A stretch of DNA of 64,000 bases from Spirochaetota bacterium (lineage in GTDB: Bacteria > Spirochaetota > UBA4802 > JAFGDQ01), in the NCBI GenBank assembly GCA_043803405.1, contig JAZDKB010000027.1, forward strand, positions 32,001 to 96,000, written 5' to 3'. Shown piece by piece: positions 10,101-22,742 of this stretch (its first letter is position 1; each line of letters opens with the position of its first letter). Both the position numbers and the translations under genes were made by a program. The notes under the pieces are model-generated. The model ran no database searches and was not told the origin of the DNA. It saw nothing but the letters and a program-made list of their open reading frames with translations.

Positions 10101-10943
10101 CCATGGTGTGCCGGGTACTGTTTTTATATAGGCAAGTACATTCTCACCTCTGTAATCCTTTCCTTCGAAAATACCTTTTACGCCTAAAACGGCCTGTACT
10201 GCCGGCACTTTTATTTCAGAAAGAGGGATGCGGAGTTTAAGCGCAGTATTTTTTTGCAGCCTCAGTTCATTCAGGTAAAGTACGCTGTCCCCGTCTTTTT
10301 TAACAAGTAATGTTTCAGATGATTCGCTCGGCACAGGCCACGATTGAATTAAAGGATATAAATAATCGTAAGGATTAATGTGGAAAATCAGAGATGCAAC
10401 TGGAGTATTATTATATATTACAGGCACAATAATGTCGTACCTGATTTCATTATATACCCTGCAAAAATAAAAATCTCTAAACTCAATGCTGCTGTTTTTA
10501 ACACAATCCTTGACCTTTAAGACAGTTAACGGGTCAAAGCTGTTTGTTCCGGCATTTGTTGAAATTAACGGTTCTCCGCGGACAGTACTCAGATAAATAG
10601 CATTATAATCATAGCTGTTCTTAACAAGTGTAAGTCTTTTGATTATATCATTTCTAAGCCGGATATTATTTATGTTGTCCAGATAATGGCTGACATTTTC
10701 AATAAAAAATGGAGACTCGGAGATTACTTTTGTATCGCCTGTTCGATCTTTCAGCCACTGATGTATTTGGCCTATTTTTAGGTCAGCAATTGATTTGATT
10801 TCCGCTTCCTTTTGCCTGCGGATCGAATTTTCTTCGTATGTGTAAAATATGTACGCGCCGGTAATTAACAATATGCATACGGCACCGGCAAGAATGGAGA
10901 AATACTGGTTTTTAATGTACAAAAGTCTGTGTTCAATTTTCAT
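7116..10943 (-). CDS. Membrane sensor histidine kinase (TM-Cache-like-TM, 4 PAS, GAF, HisKA, HATPase)
   Basis: Two TM segments flanking an extracytoplasmic domain; repeated PAS ends (DQSE, DVITERK, EVITARK, DITARK); SHDLRAPLRH H-box; NLLSNAVKF, DNGAGF, GTGIGL. Confidence 0.93.
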   Translation of the reverse strand: MKIEHRLLYIKNQYFSILAGAVCILLITGAYIFYTYEENSIRRQKEAEIKSIADLKIGQIHQWLKDRTGDTKVISESPFFIENVSHYLDNINNIRLRNDIIKRLTLVKNSYDYNAIYLSTVRGEPLISTNAGTNSFDPLTVLKVKDCVKNSSIEFRDFYFCRVYNEIRYDIIVPVIYNNTPVASLIFHINPYDYLYPLIQSWPVPSESSETLLVKKDGDSVLYLNELRLQKNTALKLRIPLSEIKVPAVQAVLGVKGIFEGKDYRGENVLAYIKTVPGTPWFMIAKVDKSEIYSELYFRAIIISLFTIALIILTGTAFSLKYNSGQKKTLEKLLNKEIELRKTQEEHKTVLYSIGDAVITTDISGLINRMNPVAEQLTGWNEAEGKGLPLEKIFRIIHEVTRETIENPVVRVLKEGLIIRLANHTLLISKDGRDIPIADSGAPVRNEAGEISGVVLVFRDQSEERASRKALQESETLYHSLFENMLNGFAYCKMLFENNRPVDFIYLAVNPSFEKHTGLKNVTGKKVSKVIPGIYESDPKLFDLYGRVALGGKPESFEIYVEALKMWFSISVYSPAREYFVAVFDVITERKQAEISLRKTKLQLQLFIEHAPAAIAMFDNEMKYITASNRFLEDYNLGSMDITGKSHYDIFPEIPDRIKEIHRHCLAGAIERSEEDPFPRSDGRTDWVRWEVRPWYEYPEKIGGIILFSEVITARKQAEEALHRSEEKFSILFNKSSLPVLLSQYPDHKFVDVNDAWLRLFGFTKEEVIGKNSIELEINREIEARERIVKELHTHNTVQNIERTLYTKSGDALTILTSINTVTIGGQQFALHAMQDITARKQAEESLKASTRFLQIAYTNMELSPLLDEFVKEIKNYTTCNAVGIRILDQEGNIPYLTYLGFSRDFYEKESPLSIKSDNCMCINVIKGTTDAKLPFYTAGGSFYMNGTTRFLATVSEEDKGKTRNVCNQVGYESVALIPIRFKYHILGLIHVADTSENKVPLYIVEILEKAGMQLGTAILRIQAEEEIRALNEKLEEKVSLRTAQLEATNKELEAFSYSVSHDLRAPLRHISGYMELLASRFPDSLPEKGKHYLDSIADSIKQMGQLIDDLLQFSRTSRQEMHLVEFEMNGLLQEVLDAVKKDSGNREITWTIPVLPSVCGDYNLLKLVWYNLLSNAVKFTRKKKKGKIEIGYSAEEKECVFSVRDNGAGFDMQYADKLFGVFQRLHSVEDYEGTGIGLANVRRIILRHKGRTWAEGETDKGAVFYFSLPKNKED

Positions 10944-11360
10944 ACATCCGGCTTAAGGAAAATAGTTTTATATTTTCTGGTCTCAGTATTAATGACAATT
11001 TAAGTTTATTACTTTTTCAAATATCGTAAAATGCCAGCTCTTTGATCGGCAGGTACATCTAGGTATTACACTGGCAATATAATTATTTTAATAGAATTTT
11101 TGTAAAAGTCAAATAAAATATGCTTTAAAAAGACAACAATAAGCATTGGAATATACACGGAACTTATTTGCGATCTGATGAAATAGTTAAACAGGTAAAG
11201 ATAATGCTTTATAAAGCAAAGGAAGGCAGGACAAACAGGATTTTAATAGCGCTGGGTCCGGCTGCCGAATTATTTCGTAAAACACCGCTTTCGATCCAAT
11301 ATCTTCCAAAACCGCTTTTTTATACTTTTTCAATTTTAAGCATTAAAAAATAAAAAATTC

Positions 11361-11388
11361 TTGCAAAGTCTAAATGAATAATTAGAAT
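11361..11388 (+). promoter_or_regulatory. Putative sigma70 promoter of the cold-shock gene
   Basis: TTGCAA-16 bp-TAGAAT about 110 bp upstream of the ATG. Confidence 0.55.
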
Positions 11389-11499
11389 TGCCGGTAATCT
11401 TACAAGGATAAGGCTGGCACAGTTGAACTGATTGGATTATACTAAGAAGCTATGTGCCGGAGGTAAGATGATTTTATTTAATATTTAAGAGGTTTTTTT

Positions 11500-11712
11500 A
11501 TGGCAGATCGCGAAACAGGTACTGTAAAATGGTTTAACAGTTCCAAAGGCTATGGATTTATCCAGCGCCAGGCAGGTGACGATATTTTCGTTCACTACAA
11601 TGCAATTTCCGGTGACGGTTTCAGGACTCTTGAAGAAGGGCAAAAAGTTGAATTTGCTGTTACCGAAACTGCGAAAGGGCTTCAAGCAGCTGAAGTTACA
11701 AAATTAGACTAA
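11500..11712 (+). CDS. Cold-shock protein (CspA family)
   Basis: [15 protein letters not shown] (RNP1), DIFVHY (RNP2); SD GAGG. Confidence 0.97.
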   Translation: MADRETGTVKWFNSSKGYGFIQRQAGDDIFVHYNAISGDGFRTLEEGQKVEFAVTETAKGLQAAEVTKLD

Positions 11713-11950
11713 TTATCATATCCGTTTATCAAAGTATGATCCGGTAAGCATAAATAAAACATCATATCACTTTAAACTGCCTGTCTACAAACCCCATTCA
11801 TTTAAAGCGAGCATTCTCTTTCTGAATAATCAGTGAGCCAGGTTATGAAAATAAGTTTATTTGAAGGATGATACTTTTGCTTATTTATTAAACTTTGAGA
11901 AATAATTGTTAATTATTCATAATATCAGACTGTTGCAGTTTTAATTAAAC

Positions 11951-11992
11951 CTGCAATCATCTGAAGAAGATAATTTTTTCAGATGATTGCAG
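11951..11992. terminator. Hairpin between convergent csp and PFOR genes, probable terminator
   Basis: 15-bp perfect inverted repeat CTGCAATCATCTGAA...TTCAGATGATTGCAG. Confidence 0.7.
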
Positions 11993-12024
11993 TATTTCTA
12001 AACTCCAATCTGAATAAAATATTT

Positions 12025-15648
<3,624 letters not shown>

Positions 15649-16099
15649 TTAACTTTAATGAACAAGCACAACAACGATAATTATATCATCAAATGGGTAA
15701 AGTCCGTCAGTGCATGACTAAAGAGCCTGCAATAATGTTGCTCCAAGTTGACGATTATTTGAAAATGACCCTATGTTTGATCTTTTAATAAATATGAAGT
15801 AATAATCAGTATATTGAGAAAAAGAGGTTTTCTACAGCCGCGTGATGTACGGATATATCTTTGTGTACGCGGTAAGTTGCCCGCATGACAAAATAACCGT
15901 AAGTGGTAATGTTTTGCGGCAAGCAAAATACTGAGTATTGCTTCAGGAAAAATAAAAAACTCACAGGGTTTTGTTGGAATGTGTTTCATTGATTCGACAA
16001 GTGTTACTCTGAATAGAGTCAGTAAAGTATTTTCCCCGCTAAAATTAGTACCTCATTATTTATTAAAGATTTATAATGTTATAAATCTAAATTGTGGCC

Positions 16100-16128
16100 A
16101 TAGTAAAAGAGCATAGAATAAAAGTCAA
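16100..16128 (-). promoter_or_regulatory. Putative sigma70 promoter about 550 bp upstream of nifJ
   Basis: TTGACT-17 bp-TACTAT on the minus strand; perfect 10-bp inverted repeat AGATTTATAA-tg-TTATAAATCT (16067-16088) just downstream. Confidence 0.55.
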
Positions 16129-16170
16129 ATTTTTTTCTTTGTTTTTTGGAGAGCGCCGGGTTGGCGATAT

Positions 16171-17106
16171 TTATTTTTTATATTTGCCTGCAAGGTGGGC
16201 AATCTGCGCGTGCAGATTGATAAGATAGGGAGTTTCTGGTTGTTTGACGCCGTTGATCGTATCATAGTCTTCCCGTTTAACTCTGCTTACTACGCGTTCA
16301 ATGGACCCGTCTTCCTCGCTAAAAAATCTGAATATTTTCTTTGCAAATATTTCCGTATCGGCAATTGATCTGGATAAAAATTCTGCTACCTCATCTTTGC
16401 CTGTGAACACGAGGCGGTGCCCCTGGCAAAGCACTTCCGCTTCCAGTTCAGAAAGTCGTTTAAGAGACGCCATATAAGCGTCGTAATCAGCAAGGAATTC
16501 CGGTATTATTTTATTATTGCTGTCAAGACAGCCTGCAGCTTCAGAGGTTACAAGGACTTTTTTTTCCGGTATATAGTAGCTCATCAGATCGCGGGTATGG
16601 CCGGGCGTAGCAATGACTTCAATAGTATTATTCCCTGCAAATTTTATTACCTGCCCGTCATAAACCGTCAGGTCGATTGTAAAAGGCCGGAATTCTTCGT
16701 GCAGGACAAGGGAGGGATTGACTGTTACAGTAGAGGCAATGATTGACTCCGCGTATCTGTTTAAATCCGTCATAAGTTTTTGAGCGCTGTTTCTTGAAAG
16801 AATTTCACGCGCTTTCCCGGATGCTGCAACCATGAGCGAAGGGAAAATGCTTTTAAGATAACTGACAGCGCCGCAGTGATCCCAGTGTACATGCGTTATA
16901 AACAGGTATTTCGGCTGGCGTTCGCCGAGTATTGCTCTGATTTCGTTTTCGTACAGTTTTCCTGCTGCTGTTACACCGGCTTCAAATATAACCGGCTCCG
17001 GGCCGTCAAAAAGATATGCGGGGAAGTGGGCATCCCCGAGGACGTAAAAGTTTTCTGCAACCAGGCCGGTATTGCTAAAGATCATACTGATAATCCGTTT
17101 TTCCAA
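16171..17106 (-). CDS. MBL-fold metallo-hydrolase
   Basis: THVHWDHCG, TPGHT, CQGH; start uncertain (TTG 17106 or ATG 17085). Confidence 0.88.
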   Translation of the reverse strand: MEKRIISMIFSNTGLVAENFYVLGDAHFPAYLFDGPEPVIFEAGVTAAGKLYENEIRAILGERQPKYLFITHVHWDHCGAVSYLKSIFPSLMVAASGKAREILSRNSAQKLMTDLNRYAESIIASTVTVNPSLVLHEEFRPFTIDLTVYDGQVIKFAGNNTIEVIATPGHTRDLMSYYIPEKKVLVTSEAAGCLDSNNKIIPEFLADYDAYMASLKRLSELEAEVLCQGHRLVFTGKDEVAEFLSRSIADTEIFAKKIFRFFSEEDGSIERVVSRVKREDYDTINGVKQPETPYLINLHAQIAHLAGKYKK

Positions 17107-17344
17107 ACAATAAAATCAGCCATATTAAAGTTAATATAAAATTAAATTTTTATTGTATTAACATGGTGATTTTATTATTTGTCTTACTTTATATTCAGCA
17201 AATATATTTTTCGGAATAATCGATTCATTAAAATAAATTGTTAATATTATCAAAGAGTCAAGGAAAAAATCCCGTATTTTTAAAGGCCGGATAAATTGCT
17301 TGTTAAATAATATTTAGTGGAATATTATTGCAATCGAGGTTGAG

Positions 17345-18247
17345 ATGAAAAATAACAATTCTTCTCCTGCAAAAATAGTATGGATACCGATAGCTGCGTC
17401 CGTTATAACTATTATACTGAAATCTGTTGCTTTTTATATTACTGGCTCCGTAGGACTGCTGTCGGATGCCATGGAGTCGTTCATTAATTTAACTGCAAGC
17501 GTTGTAGCCATGATAGCTTTAACAATTGCATGCAGGCCGCCGGACAAGCAGCATCCATTCGGGCATCATAAAGCGGAATATTTTTCAAGCATACTTGAGG
17601 GCGTATTGATTATTATTGCCGCGATAGCTATCGGCGTCACTTCGATAGAACGGCTGATCAACCCGCACATACTGGAAAAACTTAACCTCGGCCTGCTTAT
17701 CTCGGCCGGAGCTTCAATAATAAATTTTGTAACAGCAAGAATATTATTCAGAGCAGGGAGGAAGTATAATTCGATCACTCTTGAAGCTGACGCCCAGCAT
17801 TTGATGACCGATGTATGGACAACAGGCGGCGTTCTGGCCGGCTTGTTGCTGATTGAAATTACGGGATTTTCCTGGCTTGATCCTGTTATCGCCATTGCGG
17901 TGGCCGTGAATATTGTTTATACAGGCATAAAATTAATTATCCGGTCGGTTTCCGGTTTTATGGATACGGCGTTAACAGAGGCGGAACTGGATGCTGTTAA
18001 AGCGATTCTTGAAAAATATAAAAAAACCGGGATCAGCTACCACGCGTTATATACGAGAAAATCCTCGGCCATGAATTTTATTACCTTGCATTTGCTGATG
18101 CCCGGAGACTGGACGGTTTCAAAAGGACATAAAATAACGAAACAAATCGAAAAGGATATAAAATGCGATTTCCCGAACTCTGATATTTTTATACATCTTG
18201 AGCCGTTCAATGATCCGGAATCTTTCGATGATGTGTTACAGGATTAA
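17345..18247 (+). CDS. Cation diffusion facilitator (FieF/YiiP-like) transporter
   Basis: About 6 TM; SVGLLSDAMES, PPDKQHPFGHHKAEY, HLMTD, C-terminal IHLEP. Confidence 0.93.
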   Translation: MKNNNSSPAKIVWIPIAASVITIILKSVAFYITGSVGLLSDAMESFINLTASVVAMIALTIACRPPDKQHPFGHHKAEYFSSILEGVLIIIAAIAIGVTSIERLINPHILEKLNLGLLISAGASIINFVTARILFRAGRKYNSITLEADAQHLMTDVWTTGGVLAGLLLIEITGFSWLDPVIAIAVAVNIVYTGIKLIIRSVSGFMDTALTEAELDAVKAILEKYKKTGISYHALYTRKSSAMNFITLHLLMPGDWTVSKGHKITKQIEKDIKCDFPNSDIFIHLEPFNDPESFDDVLQD

Positions 18248-18359
18248 TTTTATAAATCCTAACCCGATAGTAGTCGGAACTAAATGTAATCTCTGTGCCC
18301 ACTGTGTCTCTGTGGCAAAAATCATCCTTTGTAAGCACGCACATTTGTGTCGGGCTGTA

Positions 18360-19160
18360 CTAAGATATCAGATGCTTTGATAGCTTGTAAAAAGCCCGTT
18401 TTAAAGATGGCAGTCCGAACGCGAATCTTGACAGAACGCCGTATATCTCCTTCCTGTTTTCCGCTCTCTTTGCCTTTATGGGAGCCGGATTTTTTTCGAG
18501 GCCGAATTTGTCAGGGCTGTCTTTCAGAATAGTAATGACATGCAAGCCGCCGAATTCTTCAAGGCCGTATATGCTTGCGTTCGGGAATTCGTTTTTGACT
18601 GCCTTAAGCCTTTTCTTTGCGTTTGCCGCAATCTTAAGCCTGTAATCGAATGTCAGCGCGTCGGACGGGCAAACGCTTACGCATGCAGGCACATCCCTTG
18701 TTTTTTCAGTGCAAGCGTGGCATTTATATGCTTTGTTTTTATTAATAAATCTGCCGGTTCCGTATTCGTTGTAATCCCTGTCCGCAACATGGGGCACTCC
18801 GTAAATGCACGCTTTTTCGCATTCCCTGCAGCCTATGCATTTCTCCCTGTCGATTACAACCCAGTAGTCGTTTTTATAAACCGCATCAGCCGGGCATACT
18901 GTCCGGCAGTTCGGCACTTCGCAGTGAAAACATTTTTTATGCATCATCTGAAAAACGATTCGGTCAGAGGCCGGAATTTCCATTTTTTGAATTATTACAT
19001 GATTAAAAGTAATGGCGGATAAGGATTCCGGGCATGTGTATTCTTTCGGAAAAGACGGTTTTTCTTCAGCAGGCAGATTATTCCATTGCTTGCACGCGGC
19101 CTGGCAGGCCTTGCATCCTGTGCATTTTGTCGTGTCGACAAGAAAAGCTTTGTCAGCCAT
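18360..19160 (-). CDS. Formate dehydrogenase beta-like 4Fe-4S electron-transfer subunit
   Basis: VDTTKCTGCKACQAACKQWN, CFHCEVPNCRTVCP, CIGCRECEKAC, KCHAC...PACVSVCP (four clusters); 1 bp after the alpha-subunit stop. Confidence 0.92.
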   Translation of the reverse strand: MADKAFLVDTTKCTGCKACQAACKQWNNLPAEEKPSFPKEYTCPESLSAITFNHVIIQKMEIPASDRIVFQMMHKKCFHCEVPNCRTVCPADAVYKNDYWVVIDREKCIGCRECEKACIYGVPHVADRDYNEYGTGRFINKNKAYKCHACTEKTRDVPACVSVCPSDALTFDYRLKIAANAKKRLKAVKNEFPNASIYGLEEFGGLHVITILKDSPDKFGLEKNPAPIKAKRAENRKEIYGVLSRFAFGLPSLKRAFYKLSKHLIS

Positions 19161-19161
19161 A

Positions 19162-22113
19162 TTATGCCTCCCTGCCTATGTTTACCAGAAACGCTTTGCA
19201 CTCCGGCGCACCGGAGTTTGCATCTCCGGTGTCGTGCAGCAGATTAGTATAATTATTTGCAATTGTGGCGCTGGCGGAGTTCATTATTATGCCGACCATC
19301 TCTATCTTCCTTCCGTCAATAACAATCGGCCGCATTCTTTCCGTTACAAGGCAATACGCGGTCAGTTTTCCCCTTTGGGACCTGACATATATTTTATCGC
19401 CGTTTTTAATCCCCCTGGAATCCGCAAGCGATTTGCTTATTTCACAGTAAACATCAGGGGCAAGTTCGGAAAGCCAGGTGAGATTTTTAGTCATAAGACC
19501 GGCCTGCCATCCTTCGGCCATGTTAAATGCACTCGCGATATACGGATAAGCAGCATTGTTCCCCATGTTTCGTCTAAGTAAAGCGCTTACAGGGCTGGAG
19601 CCTGCTGTGTTAAGAATGTTGTAGGCAGGGCTTTCCATGGGTTCATAGTGCTCTGGCAGGGGCCCGTCCGCCATATCCATTGCGAACATTTTCCCAACAC
19701 CTTCATAAAGCATAATGAACGGATTTTTATCCGCAGGCCCGGACTGCTCCTCCCCGTTGACTGCATCGCCTTCCCACTCGTCATCCCATTCCATCAGCCA
19801 TTTTTCTTTGTTCCACGGCTTGCCCGACCTGTTAACGCCTGCCCTGTTATAAAGTATCCTGCAGTTGCCCGGCCAGCTCCATGCCCATTTAGGATACAGG
19901 CCAAGCTTGTTCGGCGCGTCTTTCATTTTTCTTCTTTCCATCATATTGCCCGAATCCGTAAAGCTGCCGCTATAAAGCCAGTTGCCTGCTGCAGTTGATC
20001 CGTCTTCCTTAAGTTTTGTGAAGCCGGGTACGGACTTTCTTGTATTAATTTCATAACCGTTTATTTCAATCGCGGTTTTTTTCGGATCAGGATTGGCTTC
20101 TTCACCTGCATAATCCCAGTTAGCGCGCAGAATGCTGTCCGGGAAAGCCGCGTTTTTATCTTCAGCATAAAACATTTTTATCTCTTTAAATATCTTATCA
20201 TATATCCATAAATCCGGCTTCGCATGTCCCGGAGGATTTACGCATTTTAATGACCACTGAACCCATCTTCCTGCATTTGTCAGGCTTCCTGTTTTCTCCG
20301 GCAAAATCGCGGAAGGCAGCAAAAACACTTCGGTTTTTATTCTCTCGGGCTTTGCGCCCTGCCTTTTCCAGAACGCGGCGCTTTCCGATTCAAATACATC
20401 GGTTGCAACCATCCATTCCAGATTCTCCATGGAACCGGCTTTCCCTCCCGCATCCTGCGAGTTCATTAATGGGTTCGCGCCTGCGAGCAAAAGCCCGCTT
20501 ATTTTGCCTTTGCGCATGTCGTCAAACATAGCATTCCTGCTGACAGGCCTGCCTGTTTTCGGCAGCCAGTGAAAACAATAATCATTTTCTTTTGTAGCGG
20601 TTTCGCCGTAAAAGGATTTCAGCAGATTTATTATTTGGATATTTCTGGTGCTTAAAATGTTTACGCTCATGGGATTATTCGAAACCGGCGTCGTGTCTTT
20701 CAGGTACGATTCAAGCGTAGAATGTTCATCTGCCTTTGGCGCAGTAAGATACCCGGGGAGAAAATCGGGCTGGAGCCCGTGGTCGTCCGCGCCCTGGCTG
20801 TTTGCTCCGTTCCGCAACGCATACAGCCCGCCGCCCGCAATGCCTATATTGCCCATCAGCATCTGGAGAATTGCGTATGCCCTCACATTCTGCGCACCGA
20901 CAGTATGCTGCGTGGAACCTGAAGAGAACACAATGGAACCGGCTTTTTCGTTTTTATATGTCGAAGTATATGTTTCCGCTATCTTTAAAAAAGTTTCTGC
21001 AGGGCAGCCTGTAACGCGTGAAACAACATCCGGTGTGTATCTGGAAAAATGAGCATTGAGTATCTGGAATACAGTATACTGATTTTTCAGGGTTTTATCC
21101 ATTCTTGGAACGCCTTTTCTGTCTTTCTCATAATCCCACGCTTCATTATTGTATTTCCCTGCGTTAAAGCCGTTAAAATATCCGTTTTGAAAATGATACT
21201 GCGGATTAACCATGAAGGCTGCATTTGTATATTCCAGTAAATATTCCTTGTTTATTCTGTTGTTTTTAAGGGCGTAGTTTATTATGCCCCCTATGAAGGC
21301 TATATCGGTTCCGGGACGAAGAGGAGCGTGCATATCTGCAAAGGACGATGTTCTTGTGCAGCGTGGATCGGCGAGTATGATCCTCCCGCCTTTTTCCTTC
21401 GCCTTTAACATAAAGCGCACTGAAACAGGATGAGACTCGGCAGGGTTGCTCCCGATAATAAGGATAACGTCCGAGTGCTGAACATCGATCCAGTGATTTG
21501 TCATTGCGCCGTAACCGAACGTGTTCGCTAGCGCTGTGTCTGCAGCAGAATGAGATAAATCGGATTCGTTCCGGACATTTGCAATGCCCAGAACACGGGA
21601 CATTTTTGAGAGCAGATAATATTCTTCATTGTTTAAATATGACCCGGCGAAAACAGCCATCCCGTCTGTTCTGTTAACCGTGTTCTTGCCTTCGTATTCA
21701 ACGAAAGTTTTATCCCTTGTTTTTTTAATGTTTTCCGCAATTTTTTTTATTGCTGCTTCCCATGAAATCTCCTTCCATTCCGGAGCAAAAGGAGCCCTGT
21801 GCAATACTTTAGTGAGCCTTTTTTCGTTTACGCTTAGCTGGAAAGCGGCGCTGCCTTTTGCGCACAGCCTGCCATTATTGATCGGGTGGCTTTCATCGCC
21901 TTCAATATTTATTATTTTATTGTTTTTTACTGAAACCTTGATTCCGCATCCCATGCTGCAGAATGGACAAATGCTGTTTAAATTGCTTGTTCCTTTAAGC
22001 TTGTCGATCGCCAGTTTGCAGCCGCTTAACAAAGATAATGATATGCTGCTGAAAAAAGCAGCGGCTGATGCCGTGCCGGATAATTTCAGAAAATTTCTTC
22101 TGGTAATTTTCAT
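19162..22113 (-). CDS. FdnG/FdhA-like Mo/W-bisPGD oxidoreductase alpha subunit, Ser at the Cys/Sec position; Tat-exported, probable lipoprotein
   Basis: TRRNFLK Tat motif, LLSG-C32 lipobox; CPFCSMGC...LCAKG Fe-S motif; GAMTNHW, TQHTVGAQN, GPLPEHYEPMESP, PECKAFLVNI all FdnG-like; NESDL-S-H instead of NQARV-U/C-H. Confidence 0.9.
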   Translation of the reverse strand: MKITRRNFLKLSGTASAAAFFSSISLSLLSGCKLAIDKLKGTSNLNSICPFCSMGCGIKVSVKNNKIINIEGDESHPINNGRLCAKGSAAFQLSVNEKRLTKVLHRAPFAPEWKEISWEAAIKKIAENIKKTRDKTFVEYEGKNTVNRTDGMAVFAGSYLNNEEYYLLSKMSRVLGIANVRNESDLSHSAADTALANTFGYGAMTNHWIDVQHSDVILIIGSNPAESHPVSVRFMLKAKEKGGRIILADPRCTRTSSFADMHAPLRPGTDIAFIGGIINYALKNNRINKEYLLEYTNAAFMVNPQYHFQNGYFNGFNAGKYNNEAWDYEKDRKGVPRMDKTLKNQYTVFQILNAHFSRYTPDVVSRVTGCPAETFLKIAETYTSTYKNEKAGSIVFSSGSTQHTVGAQNVRAYAILQMLMGNIGIAGGGLYALRNGANSQGADDHGLQPDFLPGYLTAPKADEHSTLESYLKDTTPVSNNPMSVNILSTRNIQIINLLKSFYGETATKENDYCFHWLPKTGRPVSRNAMFDDMRKGKISGLLLAGANPLMNSQDAGGKAGSMENLEWMVATDVFESESAAFWKRQGAKPERIKTEVFLLPSAILPEKTGSLTNAGRWVQWSLKCVNPPGHAKPDLWIYDKIFKEIKMFYAEDKNAAFPDSILRANWDYAGEEANPDPKKTAIEINGYEINTRKSVPGFTKLKEDGSTAAGNWLYSGSFTDSGNMMERRKMKDAPNKLGLYPKWAWSWPGNCRILYNRAGVNRSGKPWNKEKWLMEWDDEWEGDAVNGEEQSGPADKNPFIMLYEGVGKMFAMDMADGPLPEHYEPMESPAYNILNTAGSSPVSALLRRNMGNNAAYPYIASAFNMAEGWQAGLMTKNLTWLSELAPDVYCEISKSLADSRGIKNGDKIYVRSQRGKLTAYCLVTERMRPIVIDGRKIEMVGIIMNSASATIANNYTNLLHDTGDANSGAPECKAFLVNIGREA

Positions 22114-22360
22114 GGGCTATACTCTCCGGAAAGAATTAAAAGTACTTATGTTATGTTTTTTTTGTATGTCAATAAAATATTTATAATGAATGCTTAAATA
22201 AAATCGGATTCGGTTTAATTTTCCTTGACAAGGGCGGGTTTTCTGTTTATGTATAAGTGAAGTAATTAAAATTTTATGCTTATATTGTCGTACCGCATCC
22301 ATACAGGAAAAATGTTTAACTGCAGCTTTGCTGCTGAGTACAAAATTATTAGGAGGAGTT

Positions 22361-22645
22361 ATGAAAATATTTAATTCATTTTTGATAATTTTAATTTCAG
22401 CTGTCTTTTTAGTTTCGTGTCAGCCCGGCAATAAGACTATGACACCTGAAGATTTTTTAAAGATTGAGAACGAGTATCTTAATTCTGATTTAAAGCCCGA
22501 ATCGAAGGAAGCTGCTGCAAAGAAATACGGATATACGCTGAAATCATTTACCGAGTTTGAAGAGAAAGTTGACAAAGATCCGGCTCTGAAGAAAAAAGTA
22601 GGCGAAGTTAGATTAAATCTGCAAAAGAAAGACGGAAAAAAATAA
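22361..22645 (+). CDS. Small lipoprotein, unknown function
   Basis: SD AGGAG before ATG 22361; signal peptide ending LVS-C. Confidence 0.8.
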   Translation: MKIFNSFLIILISAVFLVSCQPGNKTMTPEDFLKIENEYLNSDLKPESKEAAAKKYGYTLKSFTEFEEKVDKDPALKKKVGEVRLNLQKKDGKK

Positions 22646-22660
22646 ATCCTGCGATATATT

Positions 22661-22686
22661 GAATAAGGGGCTGCGGCCCCTTATTC
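22661..22686. terminator. Probable bidirectional terminator hairpin
   Basis: GAATAAGGGGC-tgcg-GCCCCTTATTC between convergent genes. Confidence 0.75.
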
Positions 22687-22742
22687 TAATTAATCCACGA
22701 AAAAAATATCTGCTCACAGGAAAACAATATAGAGAATAATAA

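Noticed and set aside
15771..15989. 72-aa ORF upstream of nifJ
   Set aside because: No SD, no recognisable motif, unprotein-like composition
21500..21560. Selenocysteine (TGA + SECIS) in the FDH alpha subunit
   Set aside because: The codon is TCT and the frame is open throughout; no recoding is needed
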